Source: a virus (lineage: Duplodnaviria > Caudoviricetes). From it: a DNA stretch of 64,000 bases. The notes below the pieces were generated by a model. That model did no database searches, was not told the origin of the DNA, and saw only the letters and a list, made by a program, of their open reading frames with translations. Position 1 is the stretch's first letter. The number at the start of each line of letters is the position of its first letter. Location of the stretch: positions 1 to 64,000 of IMG/VR virus record IMGVR_UViG_2865833183_000001. The stretch is one strand, 5' to 3'. Shown here piece after piece: positions 46,341-55,852 of the stretch. A program made the position numbers and the translations under genes.

Positions 46341-47206
46341 TGCGTGTCCTCCTCACCGGTCACCGAGGCTTCATAGGCAGGCACCTGCACGCCGCCCTCC
46401 AGGACCGCGGCGACTACGTCGTGACCGTCGACCTCAAGAATGGGCACGACGCCCTCGACTACTTCCGCACGGCAGACGTCAGGTACGACCTCGCGATCCA
46501 CTGTGCAGCGGTCGTCGGCGGCCGGGCCAGCATCGACGGCAGCCCGCTCGGCGTCGCCACCAACCTCGCGTTGGACTCCTGGTACATGCGGTGGCTCGCC
46601 CGCACCCGCACCCCGAGGGCGGTGTACTTCAGCAGCAGCGCGGCGTACCCGGTGGCGCTTCAGCAGCCCGGCGAGGTGCGGCGGCTACGCGAGGACGACA
46701 TCGACTACGAGCAGCCAGGGCGCCCCGACGCAACCTACGGGCTGACCAAGCTGGCGGGGGAACAGCTCCGCCAGTACGCGGCGGCCGAGGGCACCCGCAT
46801 GACCGTGCTGCGGCCCTTCTCGGGCTACGGCGAGGACCAGGCCAACTGCTACCCGTTCCCGGCGTTCATCCGGCGGGCACGCGAGCGGCAGGACCCGTTC
46901 GAGATCTGGGGCGCGGGTGACTCGACGCGCGACTGGATCCACGTCTCGGATCTCGTCGGGGCCACACTGGCAGCCGTCGACCAGGACGTCACCGGGCCGG
47001 TCAACCTCGGCACCGGGCGGGCAACCAGCTTCGACCAACTCGCCCAGATGGTGACCGAAGCGGCGGGCTATCGGCCCGAGCTCAAGCACCTCGCCACGGC
47101 GCCGCAAGGCGTCCACCACCGCGTGGCCGACCCGAGCCGCATGCTCGACTTCTACCAGCCGAAGGTGACGCTCGAAGAGGGAATCGCCCGGGCCTTGGCC
47201 GCCTGA
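46340..47206 (+). CDS. NAD-dependent nucleotide-sugar epimerase/dehydratase
   Basis: TGHRGFIG, SSSAAY, YGLTK, RDWIHVSD. Confidence 0.92.
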   Translation: MRVLLTGHRGFIGRHLHAALQDRGDYVVTVDLKNGHDALDYFRTADVRYDLAIHCAAVVGGRASIDGSPLGVATNLALDSWYMRWLARTRTPRAVYFSSSAAYPVALQQPGEVRRLREDDIDYEQPGRPDATYGLTKLAGEQLRQYAAAEGTRMTVLRPFSGYGEDQANCYPFPAFIRRARERQDPFEIWGAGDSTRDWIHVSDLVGATLAAVDQDVTGPVNLGTGRATSFDQLAQMVTEAAGYRPELKHLATAPQGVHHRVADPSRMLDFYQPKVTLEEGIARALAA

Positions 47207-47218
47207 CGGAAGGGGGGC

Positions 47219-47554
47219 GTGGTGACCGCTGGCGCGTGGGACCTCCAGATCGAGCAGGGCAGCACGTTCGCTGAGACCTACACGTGCACCAACGATGACG
47301 GGTCGCCGATCGACTGGGCCAGGTGGACAGCCCGCGCACAGATTCGAGTCCTCGCCGCCCCTGACGCCGAGCTGCTGCTCGACCTCACCCCGTACCTCAC
47401 CATCACCGGCGCCGCGATCACCGTCCTGATTCCGGCCACCATCACCGCCACCCTCACCCGCTCCGGACGCTGGGACCTCGAGGTCACCGACGGAACCACC
47501 GTGATGCGGCTCCTCGAAGGCCGCGCGCTCCTGGCGCCGGAGGTGACCCAGTGA
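47219..47554 (+). CDS. Ig-like virion appendage adaptor (BppU/LtfC-like)
   Basis: LQIEQGSTF..ARAQIR..WDLEV..RLLEG. Confidence 0.6.
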   Translation: MVTAGAWDLQIEQGSTFAETYTCTNDDGSPIDWARWTARAQIRVLAAPDAELLLDLTPYLTITGAAITVLIPATITATLTRSGRWDLEVTDGTTVMRLLEGRALLAPEVTQ

Positions 47555-48570
47555 ACATCACGGTTACCCCCAACGGCACCCAACCCCCGCGCGTCATCCA
47601 GGTCACCGAAGGAGCCGTCACCTCCGTCAACGGTGACCGTGGCGACGTCACCATCACCGCAGCCGACCTCGGCGCCATCAGTGCCGGAGACGCAGCCGGG
47701 GGAGACCTCACCGGCACCTACCCCAACCCGACCGTTGCCAAGGTCAGCGGCGTCGCGGTCACCGGAACCCCCACCGCCGGCCAAGTGCCCACCGCGACCT
47801 CCGGAACCGCTGCAACCTGGCAGACCCCAGCAGCGGGACCCAGTGCCGCCGGTACGGTCGCCGCGCAGACTTCGTTCGGCGCCCCCTCCAGCGCAGGCTC
47901 TGCCACCACCTACTCGCGCGGCGACCACACGCACGGAACCCCCACCCTCCCCGCCGCGAGCACCTCCACAGCCGGCGTGGTGCAGCTCGACGGGACAGCC
48001 GCCGACATCGCGGCCCTCGGCACACAGGCAGCCGGCTCGACCGGCAAAGCAGCAGATGCCGGACACGTCCACCCCACCACCGGCGTCCTGTCAACAGCAG
48101 GCGGCAACCTCACCGGCGCCGTCACCTCAAACCGCACCGCCACCAGCGACGTCGCCTACGCAGTCATCCTCGGCGGCGACACATTCGACCGATATCGCGT
48201 CCTCGGATCAGGGAACATCGAGCAGGGCTCCGGGGCAGCGGCCCGCGAAGTCACCTACGGGCGCACAGCAGCCAACCAGTGGTCGGTCACTGGTGCCGAT
48301 CTCCGCGTCGCTACAGCCGGCCGAGGCCTCATGGTCGCCGAAGGATCGAACGCCAAGATGGGCACAGTGGCGCTCGCTGCGGGGGCAGCGACCGTCTCGA
48401 CCACGGCGGTCACCGCCAACAGCAGGATCTTCCTCACCAACCAGGCACTCGGCGGCACCGCGGGGTTCCTGCGGGTGTCCGCCCGCACCGCCGGAACCTC
48501 GTTCACGATCACCAGCTCCAGCGGCACCGACACCTCCACCGTCGCCTGGATGATCGTCGAACCCGCATGA
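47551..48570 (+). CDS. Thr/Ala/Gly-rich fibre-like structural protein
   Basis: VTSVNG..GDV, AGGDLTGTYPNPTV, RGDHTHG, GVVQL, FTITS..WMI. Confidence 0.7.
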   Translation: MNITVTPNGTQPPRVIQVTEGAVTSVNGDRGDVTITAADLGAISAGDAAGGDLTGTYPNPTVAKVSGVAVTGTPTAGQVPTATSGTAATWQTPAAGPSAAGTVAAQTSFGAPSSAGSATTYSRGDHTHGTPTLPAASTSTAGVVQLDGTAADIAALGTQAAGSTGKAADAGHVHPTTGVLSTAGGNLTGAVTSNRTATSDVAYAVILGGDTFDRYRVLGSGNIEQGSGAAAREVTYGRTAANQWSVTGADLRVATAGRGLMVAEGSNAKMGTVALAAGAATVSTTAVTANSRIFLTNQALGGTAGFLRVSARTAGTSFTITSSSGTDTSTVAWMIVEPA

Positions 48571-48586
48571 CAGGAGGCCGGCGCCC

Positions 48587-48817
48587 ATGACATCCACCCC
48601 TCCCGCCGGGGCCGACATCGAGATCATCGACCGCAACCCTTCCGGCACACGCGACGTGCTCGTGCCCAGCGCAGTACGCATCAACGGGATCGAGGTCCCG
48701 ATCCCTCAAGATGCGAAGATTCGCATCAATGACCTGAGCGCCGACGAGTTCGTCACCGTCACCCTCACCCTCTTCGCCCGACGCATCACCATCGCCGCCG
48801 AGGGGGACCTGACGTGA
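48587..48817 (+). CDS. Hypothetical phage protein
   Basis: VRING..VTLTLFARRI; RBS AGGAGG. Confidence 0.65.
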   Translation: MTSTPPAGADIEIIDRNPSGTRDVLVPSAVRINGIEVPIPQDAKIRINDLSADEFVTVTLTLFARRITIAAEGDLT

Positions 48818-49083
48818 CCCGCGCGATCCACCGCTACGAGGTCCCCGTCGATGATTGCTGGCATGCAGTCGACCTGACGGGGGAGATCGTGCATGTGGAC
48901 AGCCGTAGCATGCACACCGTCGAAATCTGGGCCATCCACGGGCCCGGCGAGCCGACCCGGCGCGGCTTCCGCGTGTACGGCACCGGCCACCCCATCCCCG
49001 ACGACGCCATCCACGTCGGCACGGCCATCCCGCCCGGCGGACAACTTGTCTGGCACCTCCTCGAACTCCCCGAGACCACCTGA
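48814..49083 (+). CDS. Hypothetical phage protein
   Basis: FRVYGTGHPI..LVWHLLE. Confidence 0.7.
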   Translation: MTRAIHRYEVPVDDCWHAVDLTGEIVHVDSRSMHTVEIWAIHGPGEPTRRGFRVYGTGHPIPDDAIHVGTAIPPGGQLVWHLLELPETT

Positions 49084-49106
49084 CCACCAGAGGAGCCCGA
49101 CGCGCC

Positions 49107-49427
49107 ATGGCCCGCTACCGCAAGAAGCCCGTCGAGATCGAAGCCATGCTCTTTGATGGATCAACCGCCGAGACGCACGCCGTCTACCAGTGGATAGAGC
49201 TCAACACGCTCGGCTCCTTCGAGCCCCTGGACGTCATCGAGGGGCGCAAGCCCTACCCGGAGAGCGGTGTCACCATTGACCCGCGCGACGGCCGAATGAT
49301 CATTTCCACCCTGGAGGGCCTTCACTGGGTCGATCGCGGCGACTACGTCGTCCAAGGCGTGGCGGGCGAGTTCTACCCCGTCAAGCCCGACATCTTCGCT
49401 GCCACCTACGAGGCGGTGACCGACTGA
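49107..49427 (+). CDS. Conserved phage protein (KKPVEIEA..TLEG..GEFYP.KPDIF..TY)
   Basis: Recognisable motif. Confidence 0.75.
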   Translation: MARYRKKPVEIEAMLFDGSTAETHAVYQWIELNTLGSFEPLDVIEGRKPYPESGVTIDPRDGRMIISTLEGLHWVDRGDYVVQGVAGEFYPVKPDIFAATYEAVTD

Positions 49428-49780
49428 TGGCCCGCCTGCAAATCCTTGAACTCCCCGAAGGCGCCGGAGACGACCAGCCGCCCTTCGTGCTCGTCATCGA
49501 CCAGTACGAGCCGCCGCCCTACCCGGACGAGCCCGGTGACACTTCGCCCTTCGACGGGGTCGCCGAGAAGATCGGCGCCCGCGGTGTTCTCGTCTTCGAA
49601 GAGACCATCGACATCCCCGCCAACCAGGTCACCGTCGACGACGGACAGGCCATCCGGCTCAAGGTAGACCCCGACCTGGGAGACTGTAGCGAGAAGATCG
49701 AGACCGCAATCGCCGACGCCAACAAGCGGCTTGTAGAGCAACTGCGAGCCGTCAGTAGGCAAGAGGCCGTCGATGGCTGA
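49427..49780 (+). CDS. Hypothetical phage protein
   Basis: MARLQILELP..PFVLVID; TGATG overlap. Confidence 0.7.
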   Translation: MARLQILELPEGAGDDQPPFVLVIDQYEPPPYPDEPGDTSPFDGVAEKIGARGVLVFEETIDIPANQVTVDDGQAIRLKVDPDLGDCSEKIETAIADANKRLVEQLRAVSRQEAVDG

Positions 49781-50003
49781 GCAGCGGATCGGGTAGATCC
49801 TCGGCACCGATGTAATCCGCTACGTCGTCACCTTCGATAACACCAACGGCCTCATCGTCGAAGACCCCGCACTCGAACTCGACCTCCGAGCCGAATGGGC
49901 CGTCTTCAACGACAGTGCCGGCCTCGCACTCGCCATCCCCATCGACCGCATCCGCAGCATCCAACGCCTCGACCAGGCGCCGACAGAGGATGGAGGTGGT
50001 TGA
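49773..50003 (+). pseudogene. Small gene with in-frame TAG at codon 8
   Basis: ATG 49773, TAG 49794, frame then open to TGA 50001 with coding-like GC3. Confidence 0.5.
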
Positions 50004-50004
50004 C

Positions 50005-50265
50005 ATGGTGGACACCGGAGGAGCACAGCGACACCCCGCAGCAACCGAACGCCTGATGGAGTACTGGGCGCACGGTGAAGGCGCAGCAAAGATCCAATGG
50101 GGCGTCCCCGGAGACTTCGACCGCTGCGTCGTCGAACTTGGCAAGTATGTCAGCCCGGGCGTAGTGAAGGGCCTGTGCTCGAACCTGCACCAGCGAGCCA
50201 CCGGAGCCCGACCAGGCCACGCCCCGGGCGAAGAGGCTTCACGCAAGGCCAAGGGCGGGGACTGA
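50005..50265 (+). CDS. Conserved actinophage protein (YW..G.GAAKI.WG.PGDF.RC)
   Basis: Motif; RBS GGAGG. Confidence 0.7.
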   Translation: MVDTGGAQRHPAATERLMEYWAHGEGAAKIQWGVPGDFDRCVVELGKYVSPGVVKGLCSNLHQRATGARPGHAPGEEASRKAKGGD

Positions 50266-50576
50266 TGTCCAGCCAAGGCCGGCGCTCAGCACCCCTTCCC
50301 AAGGGGTGGCATCGCATCCGCGGGCGCATCCTCAAGCGCGATAGGCGAGTCTGCCAGTGGCCGCTCGGAACCGGCGGCATTTGCGGCGAGCCGGCCAACC
50401 AGGTGGATCACAAGATCGGCGCAGCCCAGGGCGTAGACGACCACAGCGACTCGAACCTGTGGTCGCTGTGCGAGTGGCACCACAACCGCAAGACCGGAGG
50501 CGAAGCGTCCGCCGTGGCCCACGCCAAGCCGCCCAGGCGCCGGCCACCCGAGGAGCACCCAGGGATGATCCACTGA
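50265..50576 (+). CDS. Packaging-associated HNH endonuclease
   Basis: ILKRD..CQ..C...ANQVDH..NL..LC..HH..KT. Confidence 0.9.
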   Translation: MSSQGRRSAPLPKGWHRIRGRILKRDRRVCQWPLGTGGICGEPANQVDHKIGAAQGVDDHSDSNLWSLCEWHHNRKTGGEASAVAHAKPPRRRPPEEHPGMIH

Positions 50577-50700
50577 GGTGTCATGAGGGGTGGGAGGGGA
50601 CTCCGATCTTGAAAAATCCCGAGGATCGGGCACGTTAGCTTGGCGCGGTGCGCGCGACACTGGGGAAGTTGTGATCATGGCCTCACCTGCGGAGATGTTG
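50577..50700. other. Candidate cos/packaging initiation region
   Basis: Intergenic between HNH and terminase; strand composition flips from C/A-rich to G/T-rich. Confidence 0.45.
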
Positions 50701-50812
50701 CGTGACCTTGCCCGGTTTTCGCGGCTGGCGAGCCACTCCTGGAACGTCACGACCCCGTATCAATGCAGGTCAGAGTGCCTATTGCCGTTACACGTCGGCG
50801 TATCCTTGTGGC

Positions 50813-51415
50813 ATGACGATGAAGCGCTGCGAGCACTGCCGGGGACCGCTCGGTGCACGGCATGCCCACAACGCGCGCTTCTGTTCTGGCCGTTGCCGGA
50901 CCGCGGCCTGTCGGAAGCGGCAGCGGAGCGCTGACCCGACGCCGGCCGCGCTGCGGCGTCGTCGGCAGTGGGTGCGCCACACGGATCGCAAGGTGCCGTT
51001 GTCGGTCGCGGCTGGGAAGGCGACGGTGGCCTCGTCGACGGCGCCTGATACCTGGACGACGTACCGTACCGCCACGCGGTCCACGGCTGGCGCCGGGCTG
51101 GGCTTCGTGCTCAGCGCGGAAGACCGCCTCGCGTGCATCGACCTCGACCACGCCCTGGCCGACGGTGAGTTGCTTCCGTGGGCTCGAGAGATCGTGGATC
51201 GCCTGCCGCGGACGTACATTGAGGTCTCTCCGTCGGGGCAGGGCTTGCATGTCTGGGGCTATGGAGAGGTCGGTCGGGGCCGGCGAATTCGCCGCGGCGA
51301 GGTGGCCGTCGAGGTGTACGACCGCGAGCGGTACATCTGCATGACCCGCAGGCCGTTCGAGAACGCGCCATCAAAGCTGGCGGACCTGTCGAAGGTGATC
51401 GCCGATTTGCTGTGA
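50813..51415 (+). CDS. Zn-finger plus small primase-polymerase (AEP)-like domain protein
   Basis: CEHC..FCSGRCR; QWV..KVP..ASST..TW; GLGFVL..IDLDH; TYIEVSPSG.GLHVW; EVY. Confidence 0.75.
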   Translation: MTMKRCEHCRGPLGARHAHNARFCSGRCRTAACRKRQRSADPTPAALRRRRQWVRHTDRKVPLSVAAGKATVASSTAPDTWTTYRTATRSTAGAGLGFVLSAEDRLACIDLDHALADGELLPWAREIVDRLPRTYIEVSPSGQGLHVWGYGEVGRGRRIRRGEVAVEVYDRERYICMTRRPFENAPSKLADLSKVIADLL

Positions 51416-51428
51416 GGGGGCGCCCCTG

Positions 51429-51887
51429 ATGGCTGGTCGTGGTTTCGCGCCGAAGCAGACGCGCTCCCGGGCTCGGGACACGAAGCGTCGCGATGCCGAG
51501 ATGCAGCGGGTTGAGGACGATGACGAGCTGCGAGGGCCGCTGCTCCCCGAGGGGGTACTGCCGGACGACGAGGACTGGCATCCACGCACGCGGCAGTGGT
51601 GGGACACGTGGCGGGCCTCGGCGCAGGCTCAGGTGTTCATCGACACCGACTGGGACTTCCTACTGGATACGGCGCTGCTGCATCACGTCATGTGGACCAA
51701 GGGACGCTGGGAATTCGCATCCGAAGTCCGGCTGCGGGCCGCCAAATACGGGGCGACGCCAGAGGACCGGATGCGGCTGAAACTTCAGATCGAAACGCCT
51801 ACGGACAAGCCGGCCCCGGCCGAGACGCCGCGGTCGACGTCGGACCGGCGGAAGAACCTGCGGATCGTCAGTGAGGATGCCGTATAG
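51429..51887 (+). CDS. Terminase small subunit
   Basis: WHPRTRQWW..TDWDFL..E.RLR..KYGATPEDRMRL. Confidence 0.85.
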   Translation: MAGRGFAPKQTRSRARDTKRRDAEMQRVEDDDELRGPLLPEGVLPDDEDWHPRTRQWWDTWRASAQAQVFIDTDWDFLLDTALLHHVMWTKGRWEFASEVRLRAAKYGATPEDRMRLKLQIETPTDKPAPAETPRSTSDRRKNLRIVSEDAV

Positions 51888-51895
51888 GGGGTGCC

Positions 51896-53545
51896 ATGCC
51901 GTGGCGCGGACCCCGATACGACGGCGAGTTCCCTTCACTCGGGCATCAGCTCGTCGAGCACGTCGAGCAGTACCTCTGCCATGGGCCTGGCGACGTGGTG
52001 GGCGAGCCGATCGATCTGGACGACGAGTTCTACGCGTTCATCGTCAAGGCCTACCGTCTCGATCCTGAGACCGGGCGGCGCGTCTACCGCAGGGCGTTCC
52101 TGTCACGGGCGAAGGGCCGCGCCAAGTCTGAGATCGCGGGAATGCTCGTCTGCGCCGAGGCGCTGTTCCCGGTGCGCTTCGACGGCTGGGACGCGGACGG
52201 TGAGCCGGTCGGTCGGCCGGTGAAGTCGCCGTTCATCCGCTGCCTGGCAACGGAGGAAGGCCAGTCCGGCAACACCTACGACAACGTCTCCACGATGCTC
52301 GAGTACCTGGTTGAGCATCACGGAGATGAGTTCCCGGGCATCGACATCGGCAAGTCGGCGCAGTCGTCGAGCCGGATCATCCTGCACCATCAGCGCGGGG
52401 AGATCACGCCGTCGACGGCTTCCTCGGCGGCGAAGGACGGCGGTAAGGAGACCTTCGCGGTTTTCGACGAGACGCACCTGTACGTGCTGCCCGAGTTGCG
52501 GCGCATGCACGGCACGGTCCGCCGGAACTTGCGTAAGCGCAAGGAAGCCGAGCCGTGGTGCCTTGAGACGTCGACGATGTACGAGCCGGGCCAGGACTCG
52601 GTGGCCGAGGCGACGCACACCTACTACAAGGCCATCCGGGAGGGCCGGATCCGTGACGCTGATGCGGCGGGCCTGCTTTTCGACCATCGGCAGGCGAAGG
52701 ACGGCACGGACCTCGCGGATCGGGACGCGCTGCTCGTCGGGTTGAAGGAGGCCTACGGGCCGGCCGCGTCCTGGATGGACCTGGACGGCATCATCGCTGA
52801 GATCTGGGATCCGCAGTCGGCCCCGTCGGATTCGCGCCGCTACTGGCTGAACCAACCTGTGGCGGCGGAGGATGCGCTGCTGGACCCGGGTAAGTGGGCT
52901 CGGTGCGCCTCGGAGTTGCGGCTGCAGGACGGCGACGAAATCGCCCTCGGTTTCGACGGCGGTAAGACCGACGACGCGACGGCGCTGATCGCCATGCGGA
53001 TCGCGGACCGGCTGGTGCAGCCGCTGGGGATCTGGGAGCGCCCGGAAGGCCCGTTGGGCAAGGGCTGGGAAGTCGACCGCAAGCAGGTATCCGACCTTGT
53101 GGCACACGCCTTCGGCCTGTATCAGGTGCGGGCGTTCTTCGCCGACGTGAAGTTGTGGGAGTCGTACATCGACGAGTGGGGCGAGACCTACCGGGACGAA
53201 CTGGTGGCGAAGGCCTCACCGAAGTCGGTGATCGGCTACGACATGCGCGGCCACCAGCAGGAGCTGACGAAGGCCACCGAGGCGCTGGTGCAGGCGATCG
53301 AGGACGTCAAGATCCTCCACACGGATCACAAGGTGCTGAACCGGCATGTCGGGAACGCCCGGCGGCGCCCGAACCGGTGGGGCGTCTCCTTCGGTAAGGA
53401 GTCGCGGGAGTCGCCGAAGAAGGTGGACGGTTTTGCGGCGATGCAGCTGGCGGACATGGCGCGGCGGGCGCTGTTGGCGTCGCCGGATTGGGCAAAGCGG
53501 CAGAAGAAGCGCCGGCGGACGGGCCGCGTGCATGGGTTCGCGTAG
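51896..53545 (+). CDS. Terminase large subunit
   Basis: SRAKGRAKSE, FDETH, LGFDGGKTDDATAL, KKVDG. Confidence 0.92.
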   Translation: MPWRGPRYDGEFPSLGHQLVEHVEQYLCHGPGDVVGEPIDLDDEFYAFIVKAYRLDPETGRRVYRRAFLSRAKGRAKSEIAGMLVCAEALFPVRFDGWDADGEPVGRPVKSPFIRCLATEEGQSGNTYDNVSTMLEYLVEHHGDEFPGIDIGKSAQSSSRIILHHQRGEITPSTASSAAKDGGKETFAVFDETHLYVLPELRRMHGTVRRNLRKRKEAEPWCLETSTMYEPGQDSVAEATHTYYKAIREGRIRDADAAGLLFDHRQAKDGTDLADRDALLVGLKEAYGPAASWMDLDGIIAEIWDPQSAPSDSRRYWLNQPVAAEDALLDPGKWARCASELRLQDGDEIALGFDGGKTDDATALIAMRIADRLVQPLGIWERPEGPLGKGWEVDRKQVSDLVAHAFGLYQVRAFFADVKLWESYIDEWGETYRDELVAKASPKSVIGYDMRGHQQELTKATEALVQAIEDVKILHTDHKVLNRHVGNARRRPNRWGVSFGKESRESPKKVDGFAAMQLADMARRALLASPDWAKRQKKRRRTGRVHGFA

Positions 53546-53563
53546 CGAGGGGGTGGGCGCGTC

Positions 53564-54958
53564 GTGGTGATGTCGGAGCCGGAGGCGGTGTCGACGGCGC
53601 GTCATCTGCTGGAGATGCGCGAGGGGGAGCAGACGCGCCTACAGAAGATCGCCGACTACATGTGCGGCAAGCACTCGAGCGTGTACGTGCCGCGGGGAGC
53701 CCGCGCGGAGTACCGGTGGCTGATCGAGCGGGCCCGGGTGAACATCCTGCCGCTGGTCGTAACGGTGGTCGCGCAGAACATGTACGTGGACGGGTACCGG
53801 CCAGCAGGCTCGGACGAGAACGCGGCGCCGTGGCGGGTGTGGCAGGCGAACCGGATGGACGCCCGCCAGCACGGGATCCACCGGTCTGTCCTCACGTATG
53901 GAGCCGCGTATGCGGTGGTGATGCCGGGCAAGCCGGTACCGGTGATCACGCCGTTCTCGCCGCGGCGGATGACGGCCGTGTACGCGGACTCGGTGAACGA
54001 CGAGTGGCCGATCTACGGGGTCGAGGAGCGTCTGGAGAACACGAAGGACGGCAAACGGCGCATCGTGCGGCTCTACGACGACCGGGCTCGCTACACCCTG
54101 GTGGGGAAGCCGGATGGGTCGCAGTTGAAGCCGGACGGCGCCGACTGGGGCATGGAGCACCGTCTCGGAGTCTGCCCGATCGTGCGGTACGTGAACACGC
54201 AGGATCTTGATGGTGACGGCGTGATTGGCGAGGTCGAGCCGCTGTTCGATGTGCAGGACCAGTTGAACATGACCACGTTCAATCTGCTGATGGCGCAGCA
54301 GTATGCGGCGTTCCGTCAGCGCTGGGTTACGGGAATGGCGCCCCCGGTGGACGAGAGCGGCAATCCGATGGAGCCGTTCAAGTCCCGCGTGGACGGCCTG
54401 TTTGTCGCCGAGGACGCGGACACCAAGTTCGGCGAGTTCGACGCCACTGACCTGACCGGCTACCTGAAGTCGCGTGAGGCATCGATCCGGCACGCAGCCA
54501 CGATTTCGCAGGTGCCGCCGTACCACCTGCTCGGAGAGATGGTGAACCTGTCCGCGGAGGCTCTTGCCGCGGCCCGGGACGGCTTGGACGGCAAGACAGA
54601 CGAGCGAGAAAGCCTGTGCGGCGAGTCGCACGAGCAGCTTCTCAGGCTGGTCGGCTTGGCCTCCAACGACTTGGGCGCCTGGGAGGATACGGCGGCTCAG
54701 GTGGTGTGGCGGGACACGTCGGCCCGCTCGCTGGCCCAGACGGTGGACGCGCTCGGAAAGCTCGTCACGATGCTTGGCGTGCCTCCGCAGGAGTTGTGGG
54801 AGCGGGTCCCGGGCGTGACTCAGACCGATGTGGAGCGCTGGAAGACGGCCGCGTCCGAGGGCGACGCGATGAACCGCCTGAACGGGATCATCGAGAAGCA
54901 GATGCAGCCTCCGGCCGGCTCCACGACGCCATCCGAGACGCCTGCCGCGGCGGCCTGA
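53564..54958 (+). CDS. Portal protein (SPP1 gp6-like)
   Basis: WQANRMD, YAAFRQRW.TG, NLSAEAL, VVWRD. Confidence 0.92.
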   Translation: MVMSEPEAVSTARHLLEMREGEQTRLQKIADYMCGKHSSVYVPRGARAEYRWLIERARVNILPLVVTVVAQNMYVDGYRPAGSDENAAPWRVWQANRMDARQHGIHRSVLTYGAAYAVVMPGKPVPVITPFSPRRMTAVYADSVNDEWPIYGVEERLENTKDGKRRIVRLYDDRARYTLVGKPDGSQLKPDGADWGMEHRLGVCPIVRYVNTQDLDGDGVIGEVEPLFDVQDQLNMTTFNLLMAQQYAAFRQRWVTGMAPPVDESGNPMEPFKSRVDGLFVAEDADTKFGEFDATDLTGYLKSREASIRHAATISQVPPYHLLGEMVNLSAEALAAARDGLDGKTDERESLCGESHEQLLRLVGLASNDLGAWEDTAAQVVWRDTSARSLAQTVDALGKLVTMLGVPPQELWERVPGVTQTDVERWKTAASEGDAMNRLNGIIEKQMQPPAGSTTPSETPAAAA

Positions 54959-54959
54959 G

Positions 54960-55730
54960 GTGGCCGGGGAGGCGCAGCGTTTCCGGCGCACGCAAGCACT
55001 GCTGGCAGCGCAGATGGCGCGACAGGTCTTGCGGGTGTGGCGTGACCTGATGAACCCGGCGAAGGTGGATGGCTCATGGCCGGCGGTGCGCGCGGTACTG
55101 ATGCCGATCGTGCAGCAGGCGCGGGAGCAGTCCGCTGCGCTGGCCCGGGCGGCATACATGGATGCGCGTCGGGCTGCTGGTGTACCGGATGGCGGGTTCG
55201 ACCCTGAGAGCCCACTACAACTGGCCATCGACCGCCTTGAGGCGTCGCTGGATGTGACAGGCCCGGTGGAGTTTAAGAAGGCCATCGCCGCCGGAAAGAA
55301 CCCCCAGCAGGCCATGGACGCGGCGGCGGTCCGCATGGTCGGGTCGACACAGTTCCTGGCACTCGAGGGCGGCCGGTCGGTGATGAACCAGTCCGTCGCC
55401 GCCGACGAGAAGGCCACCGGATGGTCCCGGGTCACCGACAGCGATCCGTGCGCCTGGTGCGCAATGCTCGCGTCGCGCGGGCCGGTCTACAAATCGGCGC
55501 AGACTGCCGGAGACCCGCGGCAGGGCGGCGACCGCTACCACGACCACTGCGCGTGCCAGGCCTGGCCCGCTTTCACCCTCAACGAGCCTTTCATCGGCAT
55601 CGCCGAGAAGCTCTACGACGACTGGCTGCGGGAAACGCGAGGTCGCGGCGGCAAGCACGCCGTGAACGCGTTCCGCCGCTGGTGGGAGTCCGAAGGCCGG
55701 GCCGCCTACCAGGCACCCGACCGAGCCTGA
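54960..55730 (+). CDS. Minor capsid/MuF-like protein
   Basis: CAWCAMLASRG.VY..YHDHCAC. Confidence 0.8.
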   Translation: MAGEAQRFRRTQALLAAQMARQVLRVWRDLMNPAKVDGSWPAVRAVLMPIVQQAREQSAALARAAYMDARRAAGVPDGGFDPESPLQLAIDRLEASLDVTGPVEFKKAIAAGKNPQQAMDAAAVRMVGSTQFLALEGGRSVMNQSVAADEKATGWSRVTDSDPCAWCAMLASRGPVYKSAQTAGDPRQGGDRYHDHCACQAWPAFTLNEPFIGIAEKLYDDWLRETRGRGGKHAVNAFRRWWESEGRAAYQAPDRA

Positions 55731-55852
55731 CCCCAATCTGCAGCGCTTGCGCGCTGTCTCCACGCGAGGCGTCCGCCGACATGGCAGGCGCCTCTTCGCA
55801 TTCCCCCACTCGCGCGCGCCGACATGGCCGCACACCCGACACGGGAGCACAA

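Noticed and set aside
53639-55435. 598-aa antisense ORF and similar long ORFs (36638-38038, 11066-12547)
   Set aside because: Shadow ORFs of high-GC genes with no motifs
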